Part shown: one piece after another, positions 37,901 through 45,981 of the stretch
How the letters are laid out: each line of letters opens with the position of its first letter
Position numbering within the stretch: position 1 is the stretch's first letter
Assembly (NCBI GenBank): GCA_036278915.1
Contig: DASUKB010000004.1
Span: forward strand, 73,441 to 137,440
Source of the DNA: Patescibacteria group bacterium
GTDB taxonomy: Bacteria > Patescibacteriota > Doudnabacteria > UBA920 > O2-02-FULL-48-8
Direction of reading: 5' to 3'
DNA: 64,000 nucleotides
Notes under the pieces: generated by a model
Told to the model about the DNA's origin: nothing
Seen by the model: the letters and a program-made list of their open reading frames with translations, nothing else
Databases searched by the model: none
Position numbers and translations under genes: made by a program

Positions 37901-38485
37901 TCTGAGACTCTCAAAACACTCGCCTACCCGATCAAAGACCTGGCAAATGCCAAAGGCAAAATTACAATCGGCGGCGTAGTCACCAAAATCCAAAAAATTC
38001 TCACCAAAAAAGGCGACCAGATGGCCTTTGCATATATTGAGGACAAAACTGGTTCGGTAGAAGCGTTGTTCTTCCCGACCACCTACTCGCAATTCAAGGA
38101 TTTGCTCGTGGAAGAAAAAATTCTCCTGCTGGAGGGCAAGGTCAACGACAAGGACGGCATCCCCAAATTTTTGGTGGATCAGGCAAAAGAATTTCCGCCC
38201 GAATTATATTCGGGCGAGACTCGCCCATTGAAGATGGGCGGTGGACAGACAAGCATTCCCAGCCCTACAAACCCGAAATCCGTGACCATAAGAATCCCGG
38301 AAACCGTATCGGAGGAAATTTTTGTGGAACTGAAGAAAATCTTTGAAACATTCCCCGGCAGCCTCGAAGTGAATTTGATGATTAAAGAGCAGCGAGTCAA
38401 AACGCCGTTTCGCGTCGACGTTTCCGACGAATTTCGCTCGCGCGTGGCCGGACTGTTTGGAGGAGTTGCAAACCCCAATATTTAA
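34970..38485 (+). CDS. dnaE: DNA polymerase III alpha subunit
   Basis: PHP domain HLHVHSHFSLLDGLSQIPQL, palm and fingers motifs, and a C-terminal OB fold. Length 1171 aa. Confidence 0.92.
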   Translation: MNNQEFQQNPKSGAAFTHLHVHSHFSLLDGLSQIPQLTAAAKNLGFESLALTDHGVMYGVIEFYNACLDAGIKPIIGVEAYVAPRSLSDKDSKEDANYFHLTLLAADELGYHNLLKLTTIAHTQGFYYKPRIDLEVLREHSQGLICLSGCQRGEIARAALHKSETEAQASLEKYLQIFGPEKLFIEIQRNSLNLDPQEEKLNQRLIALARKNNLRVVATSDCHYINPEDAEAQDVLVCIGTGKTVQDDDRLDMRSHDLSLKSAERMAELFADIPEAVSNTQIVADMCNLKILTNQRYFPQVELPEGKTSAEFLRDLTYDRANILYGHNGEIPVDIRQRIDYELDIIIKKGFDTYFLMVADVVEGAHKIGAITNTRGSAAGSIVGRSLGITNVDPLYYELPFERFLTEFRPTPPDIDLDIADNRRDEAIAYITEKYGHEKVAQIITFGTMMARAAVRDVGRALGIPYSKCDKIAKMIPLGKQGFHMTLDKALDMNAELKSVYERDPETRQILDIARKLEGSARHASIHAAGIVITPTALTDYMPLQLEPDGNRTITQYDMYALDVNANSKAIGVVKLDLLGIRNLSILEASVRIAQARHGVAIDIYNLPHPDPKTFKLLSEGHTFGVFQLGSQGMTRYMKELKPKNIFDIMAMIALYRPGPMGIIPEYIQRMHRPSKVEYFDPRMEEYLKRSLGLLVYQDDVLSTAVKIAGYSYVDADKLRKAMGKKIPAEMAKQKAKFIEGCMQGGMSNQKATDLFGLIEPFAAYGFGKSHAASYAAVSYQTAYMKANYTVEFMAAVMTAESGDMDTVVEAVEECRNLQIFVLPPDVNESMSNFTVIDEHHIRFGLNAIKNLGSDVVEAIRQARKESGKFENIEDFVTRINVRNFNKKSWEALTKSGALDSLGERGKLLANTELILEFARNRLRDLSSNQTSLFGNLPQSRAKLTLRDSEPATKKETLAWEKELLGLYLTAHPLDEHSETLKTLAYPIKDLANAKGKITIGGVVTKIQKILTKKGDQMAFAYIEDKTGSVEALFFPTTYSQFKDLLVEEKILLLEGKVNDKDGIPKFLVDQAKEFPPELYSGETRPLKMGGGQTSIPSPTNPKSVTIRIPETVSEEIFVELKKIFETFPGSLEVNLMIKEQRVKTPFRVDVSDEFRSRVAGLFGGVANPNI

Positions 38486-38494
38486 GTTTATAAT

Positions 38495-38660
38495 TTGGTT
38501 AAGCTTTAGTCGACTATGAAGTGGCCACCAACCATGGAGTCGGACGCTACCCGCTTGCGTTAAAGCGGCAACGAAGTTAAAGATTTGGGTGGAACCCCCA
38601 GCCCCAGTTTTCCAAACTGGAGCTGGGCCCAAGCAACATATTTGTGCTTGGTTTTTTTAT
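38495..38660 (+). promoter_or_regulatory. candidate T-box riboswitch leader of thrS
   Basis: AGATTTGGGTGGAACCCCCAG at 38581-38601 resembles the T-box sequence AAnnnGGGTGGnACC. The variable base A matches U73 of both tRNA-Thr genes in this window. Upstream is a Stem-I-like helix containing ACC triplets. Downstream is an intrinsic terminator cccaagcaacatatttgtgcttggttttttt (38629-38658), which can be displaced by an antiterminator ccccagccccag/ctggagctggg. Confidence 0.4.
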
Positions 38661-38697
38661 TTCTACAACTTTAATCTTAAAATCTTAATCTAAACAT

Positions 38698-40539
38698 ATG
38701 GATTCAAAATCTGAAAAACTCCATAATCTCCGTCACTCTCTGGCACATATTTTAGCCTCCGCCGTAACAGAGATGTTCCCCAAAGCCCAACTGGGCGTAG
38801 GTCCTGTTATAGAAAACGGGTTCTTTTATGATTTCTTGCTGCCACGCCCGCTTACTCCGGAAGATCTCAAGAAATTGGAAAAACGCATGCGCGAATTGGT
38901 CAAACAAAAACTCCCGTTTGAACGAAACGAAATGCCGATTGCCGATGCCAAAAAATATTTCAAAGAAGCTAACCAGCCGTTCAAAGTACAGCTCATCGAG
39001 GACATAGAAAAATTTGGAACCACAAAAGCCGATGAGATCCTAAGCCAGGGGGGAGAGCGAAGGGAAGACAAGGGGAACACTTCCAAGCGCTCGGACGCAG
39101 TTCCCTCTCGCAATTCCCTTCCCCCTACGGTTTCCCTCTATAAGACTGGTCGCTTTACCGACCTCTGCCGCGGCGGGCACGTAGCAACCACATCAGAAAT
39201 CGATCCCCAATCTTTTAAACTAGACAAGATCTCCGGGGCTTACTGGCGCGGTGATCAAAAAAATCCCCAGATGCAAAGAATCTACGGCCTGGCCTTTGAG
39301 AGTAAAGAGGAACTGGAAAATTACGTCCGACTCCAAGAAGAAATAATCAAACGCGACCACCGCGTGCTTGGGCCCAAACTCGGATTATTTCTGTTCAACG
39401 ACATGGCGCCCGGCATCCCCTTTTACCAGCCCAAAGGCATGATCGTACGCAATGAATTGGAAAAATTCGTGCGCGAAGTTTCGTACGGACCAGGATATTC
39501 AGAAGTGAGACTGCCGCAGATGTTTGATTCGGAACTTTGGAAAATTTCCGGCCACTGGGAACACTACAAAGACGATATGTTTGTCTTTGACGTGGAGAAC
39601 CGAAAATTTGCGCTCAAGCCCATGAACTGCCCGGGACACATGCTGCTCTATAAGCAGGGTTTGTATTCATATAAAGATTTGCCGCTGCGGTTTGCGGAAA
39701 TGACAACCCTGCATCGCAATGAACTCACCGGCGCGCTCTCCGGCCTTACCCGCACCCGCGCGTTTGCGCAGGACGACTGCCATATATTTCTCACTCAAGA
39801 TCAAATTGAAAAGGAAGTTGTAGAGCTCCTTGCCCGCACCAAACGGATTTTCGACACCTTTGGCATGGAAATTGAGGACGTGGTAGTCTCCACGCGGCCG
39901 GACCAGGCTTTGGGCACAAAGAAGGAATGGGACGAAGCAGAAAAATCTTTGGAGGCAGCACTTAAGAAAGCCAAATGGAAATATGCTATCAATCCCAAAG
40001 ATGGCGCATTCTACGGACCCAAAATCGATATGCGCATCCGCGACGTGCTGGGACGCAAGTGGCAGCTGGCCACAATCCAGCTGGATTTCCAAATGCCGCA
40101 GAGGTTTGGCCTGGAGTATGTGGACGCGCACGGCCAGAAACAGACGCCGATAGTCATCCACCGCGCCCTGCTGGGATCTTTTGAAAGATTTTTGGGAATT
40201 ATGATTGAACACTTTGCGGGAGCACTTCCCGTCTGGCTGGCACCTGTGCAGGTCAAAATCCTGCCGATTACGGATAAGCAAAATAAATATGCCCTCGCTC
40301 TCGCAGTTGATCTTGCTGCTGAGCAAATCCGAGTGGAAGCCGACGACCGATCGGAATCCGTGGGCAAAAAAATCCGGGAAGCGGAAATGGAAAAAGTCCC
40401 CTATATGCTTATAGTCGGCGAAAAAGAAGCCAAAGCCAAAACAATTTCCGTGCGCAGCCGCAACAAGGATCTGGGCTCAATGAAATTGCAAAAGTTTATA
40501 GATAAAATCCAGGATCAAATCTCCAAACGTTCGTTATAA
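38698..40539 (+). CDS. thrS: threonyl-tRNA synthetase (lacks N-terminal TGS domain)
   Basis: SAD/editing motifs (HSLAHIL; DLCRGGHV), class II motifs, and the anticodon-binding domain. Confidence 0.9.
   Translation: MDSKSEKLHNLRHSLAHILASAVTEMFPKAQLGVGPVIENGFFYDFLLPRPLTPEDLKKLEKRMRELVKQKLPFERNEMPIADAKKYFKEANQPFKVQLIEDIEKFGTTKADEILSQGGERREDKGNTSKRSDAVPSRNSLPPTVSLYKTGRFTDLCRGGHVATTSEIDPQSFKLDKISGAYWRGDQKNPQMQRIYGLAFESKEELENYVRLQEEIIKRDHRVLGPKLGLFLFNDMAPGIPFYQPKGMIVRNELEKFVREVSYGPGYSEVRLPQMFDSELWKISGHWEHYKDDMFVFDVENRKFALKPMNCPGHMLLYKQGLYSYKDLPLRFAEMTTLHRNELTGALSGLTRTRAFAQDDCHIFLTQDQIEKEVVELLARTKRIFDTFGMEIEDVVVSTRPDQALGTKKEWDEAEKSLEAALKKAKWKYAINPKDGAFYGPKIDMRIRDVLGRKWQLATIQLDFQMPQRFGLEYVDAHGQKQTPIVIHRALLGSFERFLGIMIEHFAGALPVWLAPVQVKILPITDKQNKYALALAVDLAAEQIRVEADDRSESVGKKIREAEMEKVPYMLIVGEKEAKAKTISVRSRNKDLGSMKLQKFIDKIQDQISKRSL
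39046..39128 (+). repeat. purine-rich/pyrimidine-rich palindromic segment embedded in-frame in thrS
   Basis: GGGGGGAGAGCGAAGGGAAGACAAGGGGAAC ...21 nt... GTTCCCTCTCGCAATTCCCTTCCCCCT. This encodes the low-complexity loop GGERREDKGNTSKRSDAVPSRNSLPP just before the conserved LY..G.F.DLCRG block. Confidence 0.5.
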
Positions 40540-40630
40540 TTATCACCTATCATCTGCCAACTACTAACTTAAATAAAAAATACGCCGGCTCTGTCCAAGA
40601 AATTAATCTTGTGAACAGAACCGGCGTTTG

Positions 40631-41167
40631 CTACTGGCTTACGGAGGGCAGAGCGCCGACGATATGCTTGCCGCCATTGCGATCTTCCAGGTGGTAATCG
40701 CCCTCAGGCTTGAAGACGTTCACCGAAGTATTCGGGAAGGTGAACATTCTCCAGCAACCAGTCGTCTGACAGCCATACGGCTCCATGATCAGCTGGAAGT
40801 CCACCGTGCCCGGCGTCTCCACATCTCGGATGATCGTGTCGTTCACGTCCTTGATCGGGGCCGAGTTGGCGTACCCTGTCAAATACGTCTTGAACTTCGT
40901 CCCATCATAGACGCGAAGCCGAATGTTGGCTCCGTAAGGGTCCGATGCCTGATCCAGCCCAAGCTGGATATTGCCGTAGAGATTGAGGACAACGTTGTTT
41001 CCCTCGGAAAACCGCTGGATTGCCACGATAACCACGTTGTTGAGCGTTTCGCTCGCTGCATCCGTTGAGTCCGGCGAGGTCGGCGATGAATGGTGGTGAT
41101 CGCTGCACGCGCCCATCACCAGGAACAGAAACACAACGAAGCACGATCGCGCGACTCTTTTCATCAT
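40631..41167 (-). CDS. hypothetical lipoprotein
   Basis: Signal peptide with a lipobox-like LVMGAC. The gene is GC-rich compared with the flanks. Confidence 0.5.
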   Translation of the reverse strand: MMKRVARSCFVVFLFLVMGACSDHHHSSPTSPDSTDAASETLNNVVIVAIQRFSEGNNVVLNLYGNIQLGLDQASDPYGANIRLRVYDGTKFKTYLTGYANSAPIKDVNDTIIRDVETPGTVDFQLIMEPYGCQTTGCWRMFTFPNTSVNVFKPEGDYHLEDRNGGKHIVGALPSVSQ

Positions 41168-41473
41168 TCACCTCCGAAACATAGAAACGAAATACAAAGG
41201 CTCAAAATGAGCCACCCTCTTTCAAATTGTTAACAGAGCAGCATACTCTTTTTTGGGCTGTTTGTCAACCCTGCCAATTGGCCTGGAATTGCTTGCGTTC
41301 AGTTAATTTTTACAAGCAATTTGGATAAAAAAATTTTATTCCGCGAATTCCTTAAGCATATCGGCCATTCTGCTTCAGTTTTCAACAATTTTGTGAATAA
41401 ACCACAAATTTATTGCTTGTCCTTGCGTATTTTTAGGTTAAAATAGCTTCTGTAACCATTAAAAAAGGAGCCG

Positions 41474-42778
41474 ATGAAATTCTTTCGACCCCGAATCAAA
41501 AAAATAGAATTCAACACCAAAAGACAAATCATCACAAGTATTGGTCTGGCCGCGCTTTTGTGCGGCATGGTCGCAGTCACCGGGTACATGAACTTTCACT
41601 CTAAAGCCGCAGTTGAAACAGACGGCAACTGGCATGACTGCAATGGCGCCGTAGACAATGACCCAGCGCATCACAGCAGCGACGTAAACGATGCGGATCC
41701 CGCGCACCACATGGGCCAGGTCTGCAATGGAAACCAAGAAGCTTGGGGCAAAACTCCGACAACTTCCGACACTGCCAAAACAACTGATACGGTAAGTTCG
41801 GCAGATTCCACAGAAATCACCGGACCGCAAATCCCAGCAGCAATTGCCGAATCCATAATGCGCGCTCAATCTGTAATTGCAAACACGATCCAACCTGCAT
41901 CTGCGAACGATCCGTTTGGAGGAGCCAAACTCTACATCAACCCGAACAACGATCCTTCAAATTATGTTCGGCAAAACAATGGCAACTCAAACGCCAAGCT
42001 TATGGAAAAAATCGCAAGCCAACCGGAAGTGGAATGGCTAGGCAACTGGAACTCAAATATTTCCGGTGACGTAGCCAATATGATGAACACAATAGATAGT
42101 CAAGGCGCGCTTCCCGTATTCGTCGTCTACGACATTCCCTTCCGCGACTGCGGCGGCTACTCTGCGGGCGGCGTCAATGATGCGTCATCTTACCACAACT
42201 GGATTTCGCAAATAGCCAATACAATTGGCGCCCGCAAAGCCGTAATTATATTAGAACCGGATGCAGTGACTCTTACCGATTGTCTGTCTGTTTCGCAGAA
42301 ATCTGATCGCAACGCAATGCTCACCGATGCGGTCAAACAATTCAAATCGCAGGGCAATACTGCAGTCTACATCGACGCCGGCCACCCGGACTGGATTGCG
42401 CCCGCAGACCTCGCCGCTCGGCTCAAGGCTGCCGGAGAAGATATGGCCGACGGATTTGCGCTGAACATTGCCAACTTCTACACCAACGACCAGAACGCCG
42501 CGTACGGCAAACAAATTTCCGACCTGCTCGGAGGCAAACACTTTATCGTCGACACAGGACGCAGTGGATCCGGCCCGGCATCAGGCGATGCCTGGTGTAA
42601 CCCTTCCGGCCGATCCCTGGGCACCCCGCCCACCACCAACACCGGTAATTCGCTTATAGACGCATACCTTTGGGTCAAAGGTCCCGGCGGTTCCGACGGC
42701 AACTGCAACGGCGGCCCGTCAGCCGGCCAATTCTGGCCCGACTACGCGCTTGGCTTGGCACAGAGAACGAATTGGTAA
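41474..42778 (+). CDS. glycoside hydrolase family 6 (cellulase / cellobiohydrolase-like)
   Basis: GH6 catalytic-region motif VFVVYDIPFRDCGG (compare V.YDLPDRDCAA) and C-terminal DAYLWVKGPGGSDGNC (compare DAF.WVKPGGE.DG). Signal/anchor at the N-terminus. GC-rich. Confidence 0.75.
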   Translation: MKFFRPRIKKIEFNTKRQIITSIGLAALLCGMVAVTGYMNFHSKAAVETDGNWHDCNGAVDNDPAHHSSDVNDADPAHHMGQVCNGNQEAWGKTPTTSDTAKTTDTVSSADSTEITGPQIPAAIAESIMRAQSVIANTIQPASANDPFGGAKLYINPNNDPSNYVRQNNGNSNAKLMEKIASQPEVEWLGNWNSNISGDVANMMNTIDSQGALPVFVVYDIPFRDCGGYSAGGVNDASSYHNWISQIANTIGARKAVIILEPDAVTLTDCLSVSQKSDRNAMLTDAVKQFKSQGNTAVYIDAGHPDWIAPADLAARLKAAGEDMADGFALNIANFYTNDQNAAYGKQISDLLGGKHFIVDTGRSGSGPASGDAWCNPSGRSLGTPPTTNTGNSLIDAYLWVKGPGGSDGNCNGGPSAGQFWPDYALGLAQRTNW

Positions 42779-42824
42779 TTTAGACTTTTACTCCGGCGTA
42801 TAAAGCCCAAAAGTAAGTAAAAGA

Positions 42825-42855
42825 AAACTCCTCGACAAAACTTCGAGGAGTTTTA
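42825..42855 (+). terminator. rho-independent terminator downstream of the GH6 gene
   Basis: aaaactcctcgacaaaacttcgaggagtttt. Confidence 0.6.
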
Positions 42856-43094
42856 AATTATGTGAATCAATGATATTTTATACAACCTTTTTGATCTTGG
42901 CTTTGGTTTCAATGCGTCCGCACGAAAGAGGTCTTGGTTTCTGCGACACTCGGAAAAAATTCGTCGGAATTCGAAGCGAGCCGGAAGGTTGCAGCCGAGA
43001 GTTCGAAAAAATCTTCGCAACCAATAAGCGAAAGCGAGCTAAGAATTCCGGAATTTTTTCCCGTGTCGCAATTTTTCTGCCGCGATCGCGGCAA

Positions 43095-44252
43095 TTAACT
43101 ATTTATCCATAACCACATGGCAAACCAGTGCCATGACTGGGCATAAAAATCCGTATCCGGGAACTTAAGTGTATCGCCCACAAAATAATATTTATTCACG
43201 ACCTGATTGGCAAGTGTCGGATTGTTGATCGCAAAAATCCCGATTGGCGCAGCCAGTGTGCTGGTTGTAGAATGGTCGCAAGTATTATTTCCGTTCTGAT
43301 ACAAATACAACGCGCAGGTCTGTCCCCGTGACTGCCAATCGGAAGCAAAACTTCCAGCCGAAGACAGATACAGTTTTGCCGCATCGCTTGGTGAATTTTG
43401 AAAATCGAAAGCTACCCGCCAAAACACCCGAAACGCGTCGTACCCGAAATCCTGCGACTGCGGTTTGTCGGCATAAGGCAGAATCGTGCCATCGATTTTG
43501 CGCACCGCTACCCAGTTCGGGGGCACAAATGGCTGTGAACTGCCGTGCTCGGAAACTTGTGTCAGTAAATTGTACCCATCTGTTATGAGCTTGCTCCAGT
43601 CGTGGCCTTTGTCATACTGCGCAAACAGACGATACGCCTGAGGCGAAAAGTAGGACGGATCCACCACCAGCTGGTCCGGCTGATTGGCCCAGTTGCCGGC
43701 AATTACCAATCTTTTGCCTGCAGCCTCCCCCGTTTCTTTGTCCCAAATGTCTGCGGCTACATCTGTTCCTTCTTTAATGTAATCATCATTGTGCCAGTTG
43801 CTTCCTGCCAAAAGCAAAGCGTAAGCATAATCCGTGTCCGCATCTGTAGCTGAATTTTGGTCCAGCACGCGCGTATGGCCGTCCGTGCCCACATCAAACT
43901 GCCACGAAAGCAAGTGGTCGTTGGGACGAGCTAAATTACTTTCCGTCCATGCCAAAACTTCAGCAAAGGTTTTACTATCACCTGCCCAAAAAGATTGCAG
44001 TAGCGCATAAGCTTGAGATTCCGAATTGTAGTTTTTGGAACCCTGCGCAAAACCTTGCGCGTATTGCGGCTTGAGACACTGTTCGTAAAATTTGATAAGT
44101 GCTTTTTTGGCGTCGGGTTTATCGGGAAGATTTGAGGCGGACGGATTTGTATTCTGCTGGCAAGATACTTGCAGCGGATTTCTTCGCGAATACAAAATCA
44201 ACGCTGCACCGGCCAAAATGATAAGTCCGACGGCAAAAACTTTTAGTTTCAT
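43095..44252 (-). CDS. glycoside hydrolase family 8 (endo-beta-1,4-glucanase / BcsZ-like)
   Basis: ATDADTDYAYALLLAGSNW is a near-perfect match to the GH8 PROSITE pattern, and SESQAYALLQS is the catalytic Glu region. A signal anchor is present. Confidence 0.7.
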   Translation of the reverse strand: MKLKVFAVGLIILAGAALILYSRRNPLQVSCQQNTNPSASNLPDKPDAKKALIKFYEQCLKPQYAQGFAQGSKNYNSESQAYALLQSFWAGDSKTFAEVLAWTESNLARPNDHLLSWQFDVGTDGHTRVLDQNSATDADTDYAYALLLAGSNWHNDDYIKEGTDVAADIWDKETGEAAGKRLVIAGNWANQPDQLVVDPSYFSPQAYRLFAQYDKGHDWSKLITDGYNLLTQVSEHGSSQPFVPPNWVAVRKIDGTILPYADKPQSQDFGYDAFRVFWRVAFDFQNSPSDAAKLYLSSAGSFASDWQSRGQTCALYLYQNGNNTCDHSTTSTLAAPIGIFAINNPTLANQVVNKYYFVGDTLKFPDTDFYAQSWHWFAMWLWINS

Positions 44253-44256
44253 TTTA

Positions 44257-45981
44257 TTATTTTAATCCTACGGTTGGTTTCGTTTGAATTTTAGCATAAA
44301 TATCGCTTGGGTCCCACCAGGAGATCTGCGGATTTATAGACGGAATCTGCGAGGCGTCCAGTCCATGAGCTGCAGCCATGTCCATTACTTTGGCATCATC
44401 AATTTTATAAATACGGCGAATGGGATTTTGCATGACCAAATCATAATACTGCGTAAGTTCGGGGTTTTTCCCCCACTTGACCATAATCTCATCGTTTTGC
44501 TCAGACCAAGCGTCGTTGTCGTCTGGATTATGCATAACTATGTAACGGGCAAACAGCCACGGCTCGGTATCGGCCTGGTCAAAATATTTATAGTTGCCTT
44601 CGTAAATATAATTTGAAAGCGGTACATGAGCCTGCGAAAGAATCGGATCATTGTCGGCTTTAGTCAACAGGATTTTTCCATAATCATAGTTGTTGGCAAG
44701 ATACTGCATAGCCTCCACCTGCCCTGGCAGGGGCGAGTTGATGTCGTCCTTAATGACGCTGAATTTTTGCGCAACCACGACCTGGTACGACTGGTAGACG
44801 CCGAGCCCCAAAAGCGCCACGGCCAAAACAACGCGCACGGAATTCGCTATCCAGCCCATCCACCTGCGGTTGGATCGACTGAAATAATATGCAACGGCGC
44901 TTATGAGAAGCACGGGCACCAGAATCGTAAATCCAATCCAGGTCAGGCTGTAGCGTTCGTTTGAGAAAAAATTATATGGCGGGAGGTTTGCCACCAGCAC
45001 CGAACCCGTGCCCGTGACCAAAGTCATAAGCACAAACACAAATGGGCTGGCCAGCACGGTCAAAATTGCCATGGACCGAAATTTTTTGCCTGAAAGCACG
45101 GCAAATACAACTAAACTTCCAACCGACACCCACACCAGCGGCTTGGATAGCATATAGAATGATGAGTACACCAGATATTTAACCGACATTAGAACATTGC
45201 CCTTGGTGAAAGCCGTAGCGTTGCCAGAATTTTTAATCCAACTGCCGCCGGTGAATGCCAAAGGACTCCCGCCAAAAACCCAACTGTAAATGAAAATTGC
45301 CACAAGTCCTAAACACGCCGGAATCAAAAACAACAGCAGTACCGCTTCTTTCTCGGAATAATTTTTCCGTTTGCGCGTCAGCTGGATAAATATAATCAAC
45401 GATACTAATGGAATGAGGATTAGTCCTTCAAACCGCGACAAACATGTAAGCGTAACGAACACGCCGGTTAAAACCAGCCATTTAAGCTTCTGTTCTGCAA
45501 GCCACTCGGCCAAAAAATATGCAGTGCCAAATAAATTCGCTAAAAACAAAACTTCCATCATTGGCGTCACGCTGAAATACAAAATATAAGGATTGACGAC
45601 CAAAAGCAGCGCCGCAACAAAACTTAAAAATTTATCGTTCGTATAAAGATACGCAAGCCTATATAAGAATACCGCTGCCACCATAAGCGCAGGAATTAGC
45701 ACCACAGCGCCTGCCCCGCCGGACTGGTAAAGGCTCGTGATAAGCGTAAACGGCATCATCAAAATATGCAGCAGGGGCGGCCAGAATCCGATCTGCGAAA
45801 TTCCGGGAGTCATGCTGTCGAACACGAGCCTCGATGCATCCAAATGCGCGTTCTGGTCAGTCAAAAATTTTACCAGGCCCAAATTTTGGACCCAGGCATA
45901 CATCGCCAGGCCAAATAGGCCTGTGATGATCACGAGCGCAAGTTCTATTTTAGGTTTCTGTTTGGGGAAGTTTGATTGCAT
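44257..45981 (-). CDS. polytopic membrane protein, possible GT-C-fold glycosyltransferase
   Basis: 574 aa with 12 or more TM helices and loops bearing acidic motifs. It is co-directional with, and overlaps, the GT2 gene. Confidence 0.4.
   Translation of the reverse strand: MQSNFPKQKPKIELALVIITGLFGLAMYAWVQNLGLVKFLTDQNAHLDASRLVFDSMTPGISQIGFWPPLLHILMMPFTLITSLYQSGGAGAVVLIPALMVAAVFLYRLAYLYTNDKFLSFVAALLLVVNPYILYFSVTPMMEVLFLANLFGTAYFLAEWLAEQKLKWLVLTGVFVTLTCLSRFEGLILIPLVSLIIFIQLTRKRKNYSEKEAVLLLFLIPACLGLVAIFIYSWVFGGSPLAFTGGSWIKNSGNATAFTKGNVLMSVKYLVYSSFYMLSKPLVWVSVGSLVVFAVLSGKKFRSMAILTVLASPFVFVLMTLVTGTGSVLVANLPPYNFFSNERYSLTWIGFTILVPVLLISAVAYYFSRSNRRWMGWIANSVRVVLAVALLGLGVYQSYQVVVAQKFSVIKDDINSPLPGQVEAMQYLANNYDYGKILLTKADNDPILSQAHVPLSNYIYEGNYKYFDQADTEPWLFARYIVMHNPDDNDAWSEQNDEIMVKWGKNPELTQYYDLVMQNPIRRIYKIDDAKVMDMAAAHGLDASQIPSINPQISWWDPSDIYAKIQTKPTVGLK

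Noticed and set aside
36182-38632. Multiple minus-strand ORFs inside dnaE
   Set aside because: Antisense ORFs within a 1171-aa conserved polymerase gene. They are GC-skew artefacts.
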